Below, in pieces: positions 1 through 8,383 of a DNA stretch of 25,624 bases. The DNA is from Veleropilina oligotropha (Eukaryota): the NCBI GenBank assembly GCA_048128005.1, contig JBEUKZ010000071.1:620001-645624 (forward strand), in the 5' to 3' direction. Below the pieces are notes generated by a model that did no database searches, had not been told where the DNA came from, and saw nothing but the letters and a program-made list of their open reading frames with translations. Positions within the stretch are counted from its first letter, which is position 1, and each line of letters starts with the position of its first letter. Both the position numbers and the translations under genes were made by a program.

Positions 1-132
1 AAGCATTCATTACCAAATCAAACTTTCGAAAGAATTCTGTGCCATACTCTGAACTGAAATGAGAAATCAAATGAGATTAACGGATTAGTTGATATATCCA
101 CATTGATTCATGTCCAATGCCAGTACCTGATG

Positions 133-190
133 GACAGGAACCTTGATGCGAGACAGGTACCTTGATGCGAGACAGGTACCTTGATGCGAG
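133..190. repeat. 19-bp minisatellite, 3 copies
   Basis: gacagg(a/t)accttgatgcga at 133, 152 and 171. Confidence 0.9.
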
Positions 191-194
191 TAAT

Positions 195-254
195 TTATTA
201 CGTGCAATAAAATCATATTGAACTTATTACGTGCAATAAAATCATCTTGAACTT
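195..254. repeat. 29-bp tandem duplication
   Basis: ttattacgtgcaataaaatcat(a/c)ttgaac at 195 and 224. Confidence 0.9.
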
Positions 255-435
255 TAACATTTGATCTTCGGTTACAATGAGGATATCCAGACTCTGTGAG
301 ATAAAAATATGAAAACATGAATACTTCTAGTGATCACAAATATGGCGATACTAGGATATATAAGATTTTAAGTTACATAATTAAGCAAAGTAAACGCAAT
401 TTGATTCTGCGTGATGTTTTGCAAGCTTTCCCTAC

Positions 436-506
436 CTGGTTATGCTGTCGTGATATGCAACAATGCGTGACTCGGGATTAAACTGCAAAGCACTCTCTTT
501 AGCTAC
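436..506 (-). CDS. UBA2: UBA2 coding exon 3 (71 nt)
   Basis: Acceptor tttatgtttcAG|GTA, translation VAKESALQFNPESRIVAYHDSIT, which continues the UBA2 sequence (compare human VAKESVLQFYPKANIVAYHDSIM), donor AG|GTAGGG. Too short to appear in the ORF track. The gene continues beyond the left edge of the window. Confidence 0.92.
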
Positions 507-1163
507 CTGAAACATAAACAGTCTAACATGTAACCAACTCATTTATTCTCTTTATCTACCTGAAACATAAACAGTCTAACATGTAACCAACTCATTTATT
601 CTCTTTAGCTACCTGAAACATAAACAGTCTAACATGTAACCAACTCATTTATTCTCTTTAGCTACCTGAAACATAAACAGACTAACATGTAACCAACTCA
701 TTTATTCTCTTTAGCTACCTGAAACATAAACAGTCTAACATGTAACCAACTCATTTATTCTCTTTAGCTACCTGAAACATAAACAGTCTAACATGTAACC
801 AACTCATTTATTTTCTTTAGCTACCTGAAACATAAACAGACTAACATGTAACCAACTCATTTATTCTCTTTAGCTACCTGAAACATAAACAGTCTAACAT
901 GTAACCAACTCATTTATTCTCTTTAGCTACCTGAAACATAAACAGTCTAACATGTAACCAACTCATTTATTCTCTTTAGCTACCTGAAACATAAACAGTC
1001 TAACATGTAACCAACTCATTTATTCTCTTTAGCTACCTGAAACATAAACAGACTAACATGTAACCAACTCATTTATTCTCTTTATCTACCTGAAACATAA
1101 ACAGACTAACATGTAACCAACTCATTTATTCTCTTTAGCTACCTGAAACATAAACAGACTAAC
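494..1163. repeat. 53-bp tandem array, block 1 (about 12.6 units; overlaps the first 13 nt of UBA2 exon 3)
   Basis: Unit ctctttagctacctgaaacataaacag(t/a)ctaacatgtaaccaactcatttatt starts at 495, 548, 601 ... 1131. Confidence 0.98.
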
Positions 1164-1200
1164 ATGAGGTTTTAATTTAAACCTAATATTAGTTAAAACA

Positions 1201-1401
1201 TACTTACGTCCTTACTCTTGCCATAATAGTCATATTATCGCTAACCGGAAACAGTGAATAAAGTAACATTTATGCACTAAATAAGTCAAAAACAACCACG
1301 ACCACCCTTCCTGCTTCCCCTCTCTAAGTTCCTCCAGCGAGATCTCGCCAAGTCTCGCGAGACATCCGGGCTATCAAGTCACCAGACATCAATTCAAAGT
1401 T
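1201..1401. repeat. Element 1, 3' inverted terminal repeat (201 bp)
   Basis: Reverse complement of 8384-8584, with one mismatch seen (1265 vs 8520). Confidence 0.95.
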
Positions 1402-1459
1402 CAGAACCCCAAAGGAACTTAGTAGAGGGGAGGAATGCGAAGCAGGGTGGGTAATCGTG

Positions 1460-1549
1460 GTAAGGACGTAAGTATGTTTTAACTAATATTAGGTTTAAAT
1501 TAAAACCTCATATGTAGTTACAAACTTACTTACGTCCTTACTCTTGCCA
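1460..1549. other. Element 1 internal complementary region (ICR)
   Basis: 1460-1511 is the reverse complement of the left terminus 1164-1215. 1512-1549 is the reverse complement of the right terminus ending at 8599. The halves are joined at CAT 1509-1511, which templates the circle junction as in DIRS1 elements. Confidence 0.95.
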
Positions 1550-2004
1550 GAATAACCTTGGATAGGTGGGTAAGAAGTTCCTTACAGTAAACCCAAACAA
1601 GATAATGACTTACTTTTCACCATGTCAATCAGCTCGAAGCGTCGATTGTGTCCGCCCAGAGTGGAATTTGCTGAGAATTATATTCAACTCTTACCAAGCG
1701 AGAATTTCGACCAGTGTTACCGGGAGAATACGCCGTGGTGTTAGTCGGACGAGGTGAACGGAAGTGCAATCAGCCCCAGGCACGGCCGGAAGGATGAATC
1801 CCTGTAGGTCTTACGTGTCATGGGCCAGTGGCAGCCAAATGGTACTCCTGGCCAAAGGCCGGTAGCCAGAGGATGCAGTCGGATTTGTAAGCACACGGAA
1901 CCTAATAGGTTGTGAAAGCGTGAAATCAAAGCAAAGAATTAATAGATTAAATAAATAATCGATATTAATAATTGATTCGCATGACCAACTTGCGAAACGC
2001 TAAC

Positions 2005-2089
2005 ATGTACGACATGTCACTTAAAATAAATTTTTAAGGAAGCCAATATGTACGACATGTTACTTAAAATAAAATTTAAGGAAGCAAAT
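2005..2089. repeat. 43-bp tandem duplication in the element 1 3' UTR
   Basis: atgtacgacatgt(c/t)acttaaaataaa...taaggaagc at 2005 and 2048. Single copy in element 2 (about 10502-10535). Confidence 0.9.
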
Positions 2090-2382
2090 ATTAAATTTTT
2101 TCAAATGTCTTGAACATCGTATGTTCTATACAGCATAGAACATCAATAATATTGAACCTCAAATCAAATAAGATTTTGCAATATGATTGTTTATTAATTC
2201 AATGTAATCTGGCGTGTCAATATACTCAGGTATGACATGAAAGTATCAAGATCTTAAAATGTATTTAAGAAATGAACAGACATTGAATTGCCTCGTATGT
2301 GTTCATTTCATAGAACAACAAGGCCAACAAATAACAATGCGACAGCAAGAATTATGTAAATTGATCAATCAACAAATAATAC

Positions 2383-5367
2383 TCACTGATTAGATGACCT
2401 CGGTCGAACAATACAACGTTGAGCAGCCACACACTGTAGGGTGCTCAACCCGTCAGCCCCGGTTGAATAGTCCCGCAGATAATACTTAACAAAGACATTG
2501 GCAGTCTTCCAGTAACCCGCTTGAAGCAACGCTGTAATATTTAAATTATGTCGGAAGGCAATGGACGCAGCGATTGCACGGACCTCGTGCGCGCGCACGG
2601 ATAAAATAGTGCGGTCTACTTCTTCACAGCGAGAGTACACATCTCTCACCACCTGTGAAATCCACCGCGAAACAGTAGTCTTTGTAATGTCATGGGTGAA
2701 GGAAGGTAAATACGAAATGAATAAACGCAATTTTCCTTGTCGTAGATCACGGGTTCTGTCGAGGTAGAAGCGCAGGGCCCGTACGGGGCAATTTAACCGG
2801 TCTTCATCATGCCTTCCGACCAGCGTAAGCTTGGGAATAATAATATCAGGTGCGTCCTCGTTCGGCCGTTGGTTCTTGGCGAGGAAGCCCAGAACAGGAC
2901 GCAGCATCACCGACCCGTCTGACTGGAATCTAATATCACGGAGCTCGGCGGATAAGCTATGAATCTCGGAACAACGCCTGCCCGACGCTAAGGCGATCAG
3001 AAAAACTGTTTTGTGCGTTAAGTTCTTCATAGACACCGTGGACATCGGCTCGTACGGGGGTAAGTGTAGAGCGTTAAGAATTAGAACAATATTCCAGGCA
3101 GGTGGCCGAATGGTTCGGGTCGGCATCTCGAGTTCGTAGGATCGAATAAAATCTGAAATCGTACGGTCGTTAGAGAGGCCAGCATGGGCACGACACTGTT
3201 TTAACGTGGTCGCGATCGTTGCCCGATAGCCTTTGACGGCGGACACTGACATACCGCGGTCGAAGAGCGACGATAAAAACTCGATAAACTTGTTCACAGG
3301 GGGACGGAGTATATTGACCTGCCTGCTGTGACACCAATCCACGTACTTAACCCATCGGTAGTCATAAACGTTTGTCGTGGAAAGCCTTCTCGATCGGTAG
3401 ATGCGTAGGGCTGTAGCTTTAGAAAATCCTTTCTTAGCAAGGGATCGTTCGATAACCGCCAGGCGTGTAAACGTAAGTCGTTCGGCGATTCGTGGAGTAC
3501 ACGGGTGCGCGGCTGCATTAACAGGTCCAGTTTCTGCGGTAGCGCTAACGGTCGATCGACGATCAGATCGAGGAGGGTCGGAAACCAAGGTTGCGTGCGA
3601 TACAGGGGCGCTATTAGCGTTATCTCGCAACGTTCGTTCGATGCCTTCTGTAATACCAGTGATAGAATGCACGACGGGGGGAAGGCATACGCTGACAGAT
3701 TCTCCCATGTCATTGACAGTGCGTCGACCGCTAGGGCGGCCGGTTCCGGGTACGGGGAGACATACAGAGGTAGTCGGTAATTGAATTCTGTTGCAAACAG
3801 ATCGACTTGGGGTTGCGACCACCGGCGGCAAACATCCCGAGCTACTCGGCTGTGTAGCGTCCACTCTGTGTGTATAATCTGTGATCTCCGAGAGAGCGAA
3901 TCCGCTCTGACATTCAGCTTTCCCGGGATGTGTCGGGCTCGAATCGTCGAGTTGAGGGACATCACTAGGCGGTGTAGGTCTATTGCTCGGTCGCAAAGGG
4001 GACGCGAGCGAGTGCCGCCCTGGTGCTGGATGTAAGCGACGACAGTCGTGTTGTCCGTGGCGAGCATTATATGCTTGGAGCGGAGATGTGACGAGAGGGA
4101 CCGTACTGACAGGTAGACGGCTTCTAACTCTAGAAAGTTGATGTGTCGTCCCTGAAGGTCCGTCGGCCATAGGCCTGATGTCTCGTGACTGTCGAGGTGA
4201 CCACCCCAGCCGTCGTTCGAAGCGTCTGTGAACAGGTAAGCGTTCGGCTCTGGCGGGGAGATAGGAACCGACTGGTCCGGCAAAGCAGGGTTCAAGCACA
4301 CTGCTGTTGTGCTGGTAAACCAATGCCGTAGATCGATGCGATCCGTCCACTGTCCCATCCGTTGTATCCAGCGATCCCTGAACGCCTGCTGCAACGGTCG
4401 TTTGTCCATGCGACCCGTCGGTAGCAGGGTCGCTACCGACTCGATGTGCCCTAGGACAGTGGCCAGTCGTCGCGCCGTAGTTATGTCCGATGACAGGGTG
4501 TCTTGGATAACCGCGCGTAGGTTCCGCATACGCTGCTGGGTCGGCTTCGCGGTGTACCGGACCGTATTGAAGTCGACTCCGAGGAACGTAAACGTCGTCG
4601 AGGGCACGAAGCAGGATTTTGTCTCGTTGATCTGAAATCCCAGGCGCTTCGCCGATGACAGGGTAAAGCTCGTAGACTGGAGGCACAGATCCCGGGACGC
4701 CCCGAGGATCAGCCAGTCGTCGAGGTACATATGTACCCTGTGCCCTAGAGAGTGTAGGAAGGCCCCGAGGGCCTGTACTGTTCTCGTGAAGACGTACGGG
4801 GCTGACGATAGACCGAACGGTAGGCACCTGAATTGGTAGATCGTCTCCCCGTGTATAAACCGAAGGTACTGATGAGCCGTGACATGCATCGGGACATGCA
4901 GATACGCGTCGGCCAGATCGATAGACGCTGCCCAGTCGCCCGGACGGATGGCCGCTCGAATCTTCGAGAGGGTTTCTTGCTGGAATTTCTCGGTACGAAG
5001 ATATCGGTTGAGATATGAGTGATCGAGGATCGGTCTCCAGCGGCCATCGGGTTTCGGGACCAGGAAGAAATGGCTGTAAAATCCTGGTGTGCTGGGCGGC
5101 GCGGGATATATCGCTCTTTTTAGGAGCAAATCCCGCACTGCCTGGTCTAAGACCGCTTGTTTCTCTCCGTTTAGGAGACGAGCGTGTCTTGGTGGTGGTG
5201 CCTCGGTTAAGGTCGGATGCCGGTTGAATGCCAACTTGTATCCGGCACTCACGACTAAGTGGACCCAGTTGCTGTCTGTCAGCTCTAGCCACGACTGGCT
5301 GTGCGCTAACAGGCACGCTCCCACCGGCGGAAGCGGGCAACTGAGACCGTCGCGAATGCCGGCAGCC
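2383..5367 (-). CDS. Element 1 tyrosine recombinase ORF with a long N-terminal part overlapping pol
   Basis: C-terminal YR catalytic residues GRRCSEI (R), FLAKNQ (K), HEVR (HxxR), GYW and VFVKYYL (Y). The frame is open from directly after the gag TAG. The track start at 5340 is TTG. Confidence 0.93.
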   Translation of the reverse strand, partial: GCRHSRRSQLPASAGGSVPVSAQPVVARADRQQLGPLSRECRIQVGIQPASDLNRGTTTKTRSSPKRRETSGLRPGSAGFAPKKSDISRAAQHTRILQPFLPGPETRWPLETDPRSLISQPISSYREIPARNPLEDSSGHPSGRLGSVYRSGRRVSACPDACHGSSVPSVYTRGDDLPIQVPTVRSIVSPVRLHENSTGPRGLPTLSRAQGTYVPRRLADPRGVPGSVPPVYELYPVIGEAPGISDQRDKILLRALDDVYVPRSRLQYGPVHREADPAAYAEPTRGYPRHPVIGHNYGATTGHCPRAHRVGSDPATDGSHGQTTVAAGVQGSLDTTDGTVDGSHRSTALVYQHNSSVLEPCFAGPVGSYLPARAERLPVHRRFERRLGWSPRQSRDIRPMADGPSGTTHQLSRVRSRLPVSTVPLVTSPLQAYNARHGQHDCRRLHPAPGRHSLASPLRPSNRPTPPSDVPQLDDSSPTHPGKAECQSGFALSEITDYTHRVDATQPSSSGCLPPVVATPSRSVCNRIQLPTTSVCLPVPGTGRPSGRRTVNDMGESVSVCLPPVVHSITGITEGIERTLRDNANSAPVSHATLVSDPPRSDRRSTVSATAETGPVNAAAHPCTPRIAERLTFTRLAVIERSLAKKGFSKATALRIYRSRRLSTTNVYDYRWVKYVDWCHSRQVNILRPPVNKFIEFLSSLFDRGMSVSAVKGYRATIATTLKQCRAHAGLSNDRTISDFIRSYELEMPTRTIRPPAWNIVLILNALHLPPYEPMSTVSMKNLTHKTVFLIALASGRRCSEIHSLSAELRDIRFQSDGSVMLRPVLGFLAKNQRPNEDAPDIIIPKLTLVGRHDEDRLNCPVRALRFYLDRTRDLRQGKLRLFISYLPSFTHDITKTTVSRWISQVVRDVYSRCEEVDRTILSVRAHEVRAIAASIAFRHNLNITALLQAGYWKTANVFVKYYLRDYSTGADGLSTLQCVAAQRCIVRPRSSNQ

Positions 5368-5576
5368 CTAGGGCCGAGGCTTCCCTCTCCCGCTCTGCTT
5401 ACGGGATTTCGCTGGAGGTGCTTGCCTCTTTGGAGTGGGTTTATTGGCCGGAGGCCTACCACCCGAAGAGGGCTTCGCACGCTTAGAAGGCTTCGGGGCC
5501 GGGGTGGGCCCGGAGCGCTTCTTCGAGTTGGCAGGTGGACCCCGGGTGGGGAGCAGTACTGCCTTCTCGATGGCAC
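3294..5576 (-). CDS. Element 1 pol: reverse transcriptase, RNase H and DAM-like methyltransferase (true start undefined)
   Basis: RT motifs PVGACL, FLVPKPDGRWRPILD, DLADAYLH, LPFGLSSAP, YLDD. RNase H motifs TDAS, HINFLELEAV, TDN, ADSLSR. Methyltransferase-like VDLFAT...AYAFPP. The track start is GTG and there is no ATG before the RT core. Confidence 0.95.
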   Translation of the reverse strand: MPSRRQYCSPPGVHLPTRRSAPGPPRPRSLLSVRSPLRVVGLRPINPLQRGKHLQRNPVSRAGEGSLGPRAAGIRDGLSCPLPPVGACLLAHSQSWLELTDSNWVHLVVSAGYKLAFNRHPTLTEAPPPRHARLLNGEKQAVLDQAVRDLLLKRAIYPAPPSTPGFYSHFFLVPKPDGRWRPILDHSYLNRYLRTEKFQQETLSKIRAAIRPGDWAASIDLADAYLHVPMHVTAHQYLRFIHGETIYQFRCLPFGLSSAPYVFTRTVQALGAFLHSLGHRVHMYLDDWLILGASRDLCLQSTSFTLSSAKRLGFQINETKSCFVPSTTFTFLGVDFNTVRYTAKPTQQRMRNLRAVIQDTLSSDITTARRLATVLGHIESVATLLPTGRMDKRPLQQAFRDRWIQRMGQWTDRIDLRHWFTSTTAVCLNPALPDQSVPISPPEPNAYLFTDASNDGWGGHLDSHETSGLWPTDLQGRHINFLELEAVYLSVRSLSSHLRSKHIMLATDNTTVVAYIQHQGGTRSRPLCDRAIDLHRLVMSLNSTIRARHIPGKLNVRADSLSRRSQIIHTEWTLHSRVARDVCRRWSQPQVDLFATEFNYRLPLYVSPYPEPAALAVDALSMTWENLSAYAFPPSCILSLVLQKASNERCEITLIAPLYRTQPWFPTLLDLIVDRPLALPQKLDLLMQPRTRVLHESPNDLRLHAWRLSNDPLLRKDFLKLQPYASTDREGFPRQTFMTTDGLSTWIGVTAGRSIYSVPL

Positions 5577-7631
5577 GGTCCTTCATATCCGCCGCTCTCT
5601 TGTCGACGAACTCCGAAAAGTTGTCGCCAAAGAGAGTGGTGGCCGAGCAAGGCACGCATCGCAACGAGCGCCGGGTGGCCTCGTCTAGCGAGGTGCCTTC
5701 CAGGCAAGCGTCCCTACGAAGTAGGAGCGCATTGCCCAGGACACGTCCCGTCTCCAACGCGCTGGTCTCCTGCGCGGCAGCAACCTCCTGGAGGAAGGAC
5801 AGGGCAGCCTCGTGGGCGCCGGGTCCATCCTCCTGTAGTACGGCTATCGCACCGTCCAGGAAAAAATCCTGCACGGACGACAGCCGCAGAGCCCGTCGGG
5901 CGGCGCTCTCGAAGGCTTCCAAGGCGGACCAAGGAACCTTCGCCACGGAGGGAGTGTGACTGGCGGTCAGTCGACGCAACGAAGCGTCTACACGAGCCGG
6001 GTCAGTCGCTAGGCACGGACCAGTACAGACGAACGGGATCGCTCGCGAACTGGCCCGGAGGAACCTCCCACTACGGAACCCCGAAGGGAACTCGTTCAGC
6101 GGGAGGACTCCACCGGATTGCGCCCCTGAATGAGCTTGGTGATAGAGTCGACGACAAGATCAACCAACCCAGACTGAGGTAAGGAGGGGAGCTCGGGGGC
6201 TTCCCTCGCAACAAACCGATGTGCTGCCGTCCTGTGCTTGACTACGTCTACAGCCGACCGAGTCGGTTCCGACAAGCCAAGCACCCCGCGAAGTGACGCA
6301 ACGGCGTCGAGCCTTCGGCGGGTGGAGGAGGTCGGCTCCTGCGTGCCTGAAAGACTAGCGTCTTCGGGCCCGACCGATTCAGGGAGGTCGGAGTGAAGGG
6401 AATCGAGGTCCTCGTCGGAACGAGGGTCGATCTCCATCACGGAGGCAGGAGCCGTGCTCTGCGCCAAGGGCAGATGTGTAGGTACCAGGCGCGGCTGGGG
6501 AGCCGTCGGCCAGGCCTTACACCGTTCCTCGATCCCCGCCGCGATCCATGCGAAACCCTGAGGCAGGACGGGCGTCGAACTAACAGCCTGTAGTTCAGTC
6601 GAGGAAACCGTGGCGCTAGGTAGACGGGCTGCATAGACAGGTGGGGCCGAGGACCAGGGTCCTTGGGCACGTGTCGAGAGGTCGAACCCTAAGGGCTGGC
6701 CCGAAGGCGCAGTCAGTGGGCCGGACGACCGAAAAGACTGCGGCAACAGTCCGTATCGGTCTACCCCTCTGCTCGGTGGAGGCACGGTCGGAAAACCGCC
6801 GTAGAACCCCGCACCGAACGCAGCCGGTCTGTCCACGTTCTCTAGCGTGACCATCGTGGGTGCACGGGAAAGAACGGGCCCTCTGAATGTCTCGTGAGCT
6901 TCGAGGTTGAGCGGAAAACCCTTAGGGGTAGTCGCGTCGGTCTCGATCGAGGATTCAGGTGTCGCCGATTGTCCGAGTCTTAGACCTACAAGTAGGTGCC
7001 CGGCCTCTTTAAAGGCTTTCTCTGCATTGAGTCTGTCCCCGTCGCAAGACGGAGAGTTTCCCGCAGAAGGACTAACTGTCCCCTTATTCTTCGAGGCCGA
7101 AGAAAAGGATGGGGATTGTCTGCCCTGTTCAGCTGTTCTCTGCGCTGCCAGATATACCTTGCTAGCCGGCAAGGTATGGTTGGCTGCAGTTACTTGGCCC
7201 GTTTGAGGAGGAACGGTCGGCACTCGGGCCGTTACCTGAATCTGGGGTCCCGGCGAGGTTTCGGTGACTCCCCCAAGAGTCGCGGAGGTTGCGCCGGGTG
7301 CCGTTCCGGCGACAGCTGGCCCCTTAGGTCTGCTGGCGTCCATTAGCGTCCCTGAATCAGAGAAAGAAGAAACGTTATCCCTTACGGAACCCCTAAGGGA
7401 ACTCGTTAACTTACTGGCCTCTTCCTGACCCATCTCAGGGGAAGGACCCACCGTGGCAGTCGCCCTGGTCGACTTACCCTGGTGGGCTAGAACCGCCCAC
7501 TGCTTATCTGATAAAAGAAGGCACAGATCACATTGAAGATTAAGACTACAAGTACGGTGAATACGGCATTCCTTGTGCTTATCAAACCCGTGAATTTTCT
7601 GGTTACACCCGGAGCTACTGCACCGGACCAT
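5368..7631 (-). pseudogene. Element 1 gag-like ORF1, broken by a 1-nt deletion near 6100
   Basis: ATG at 7631 (MVRCSSSGC...HKECRIHRTC...CDLC, Cys/His finger). The track ORFs 6096-7748 and 5368-5979 align to the single element-2 gag if one base is restored at GGG 6101-6103. C-terminal LLRRDACL/TLFG block is typical of DIRS gag. Confidence 0.85.
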
Positions 7632-8383
7632 AGCTGAATACACGGGAGGGTGGCAGTGGGTGTAAGGGGTAGATAAATAGGTATATATAAGGTAGTGTGA
7701 CTTGTTACTACGACAACTCTTTTTAAATTGCCCTGATCTGAAGATCAAAGATCAGACGATATACCGCAAAAAACCCCGAACTGGGAACACCGAGGTCGGG
7801 TAATTACCCGACGCGACCCGGTAAAACCCGGCAAATTGACTAAAACAAAGGGGGGTTCGTTCTTAGAACAAACCGCCCAGAAAAACACCTGAAAACCTCT
7901 TGGATGTTTTTATGTTAGTACAATGGCGTATTATCCCAGAAACGGCAGGATATCAGAAAAACGCAAGCGTGATATCAAACGATCCTGCCTATTAACGACG
8001 CTAGAAATTTTATACAATAATAACCAGCAATAGCGTCGTTAAGGAATTATCCAATATAATGAGTTACCTGTTTGCAGTCTCAAACAATATCAGATAAGAA
8101 TACCGACCAGAAATTTCTTCTAATTACGGATTTCCCCCTCTAGGCGGCCATGCTTTTTCCCTTAGCAACGGCGGCGTTGTCGGTTTCAGTTGATTTTCCA
8201 GAACTTTGTTTCTTCAAATCATCTATGATCAACACTATTCACATGTGTTTGTATATCCACAACACAGGGTATTCCACAACTTATATAAAGTTGTCATTAA
8301 TCGCCCTCGATCTTAACGTAAAAATCGAAGACAAACTCGAAAGATTTGCGGAGCAAAAAACACGTCTTTCCGTTTTCGCGGAA

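Noticed and set aside
1..435. UBA2 exon 4, or the ORF at 85-318
   Set aside because: There is no match to the expected downstream UBA2 sequence, and the ORF runs through short tandem repeats.
1164..1166. ATG as a classical target-site duplication
   Set aside because: The ICR shows that one ATG belongs to the element's circle junction, and element 2 has no duplication.
1650..1903. Hammerhead ribozyme in the 3' structured region
   Set aside because: I found no CUGANGA/GAAA core shared by both elements on either strand.
2561..7346. Numerous + strand ORFs and short - strand ORFs inside element 1 (and likewise 11238-15962 in element 2)
   Set aside because: These are shadows of GC-rich gag/pol/YR coding sequence with no recognisable domains.
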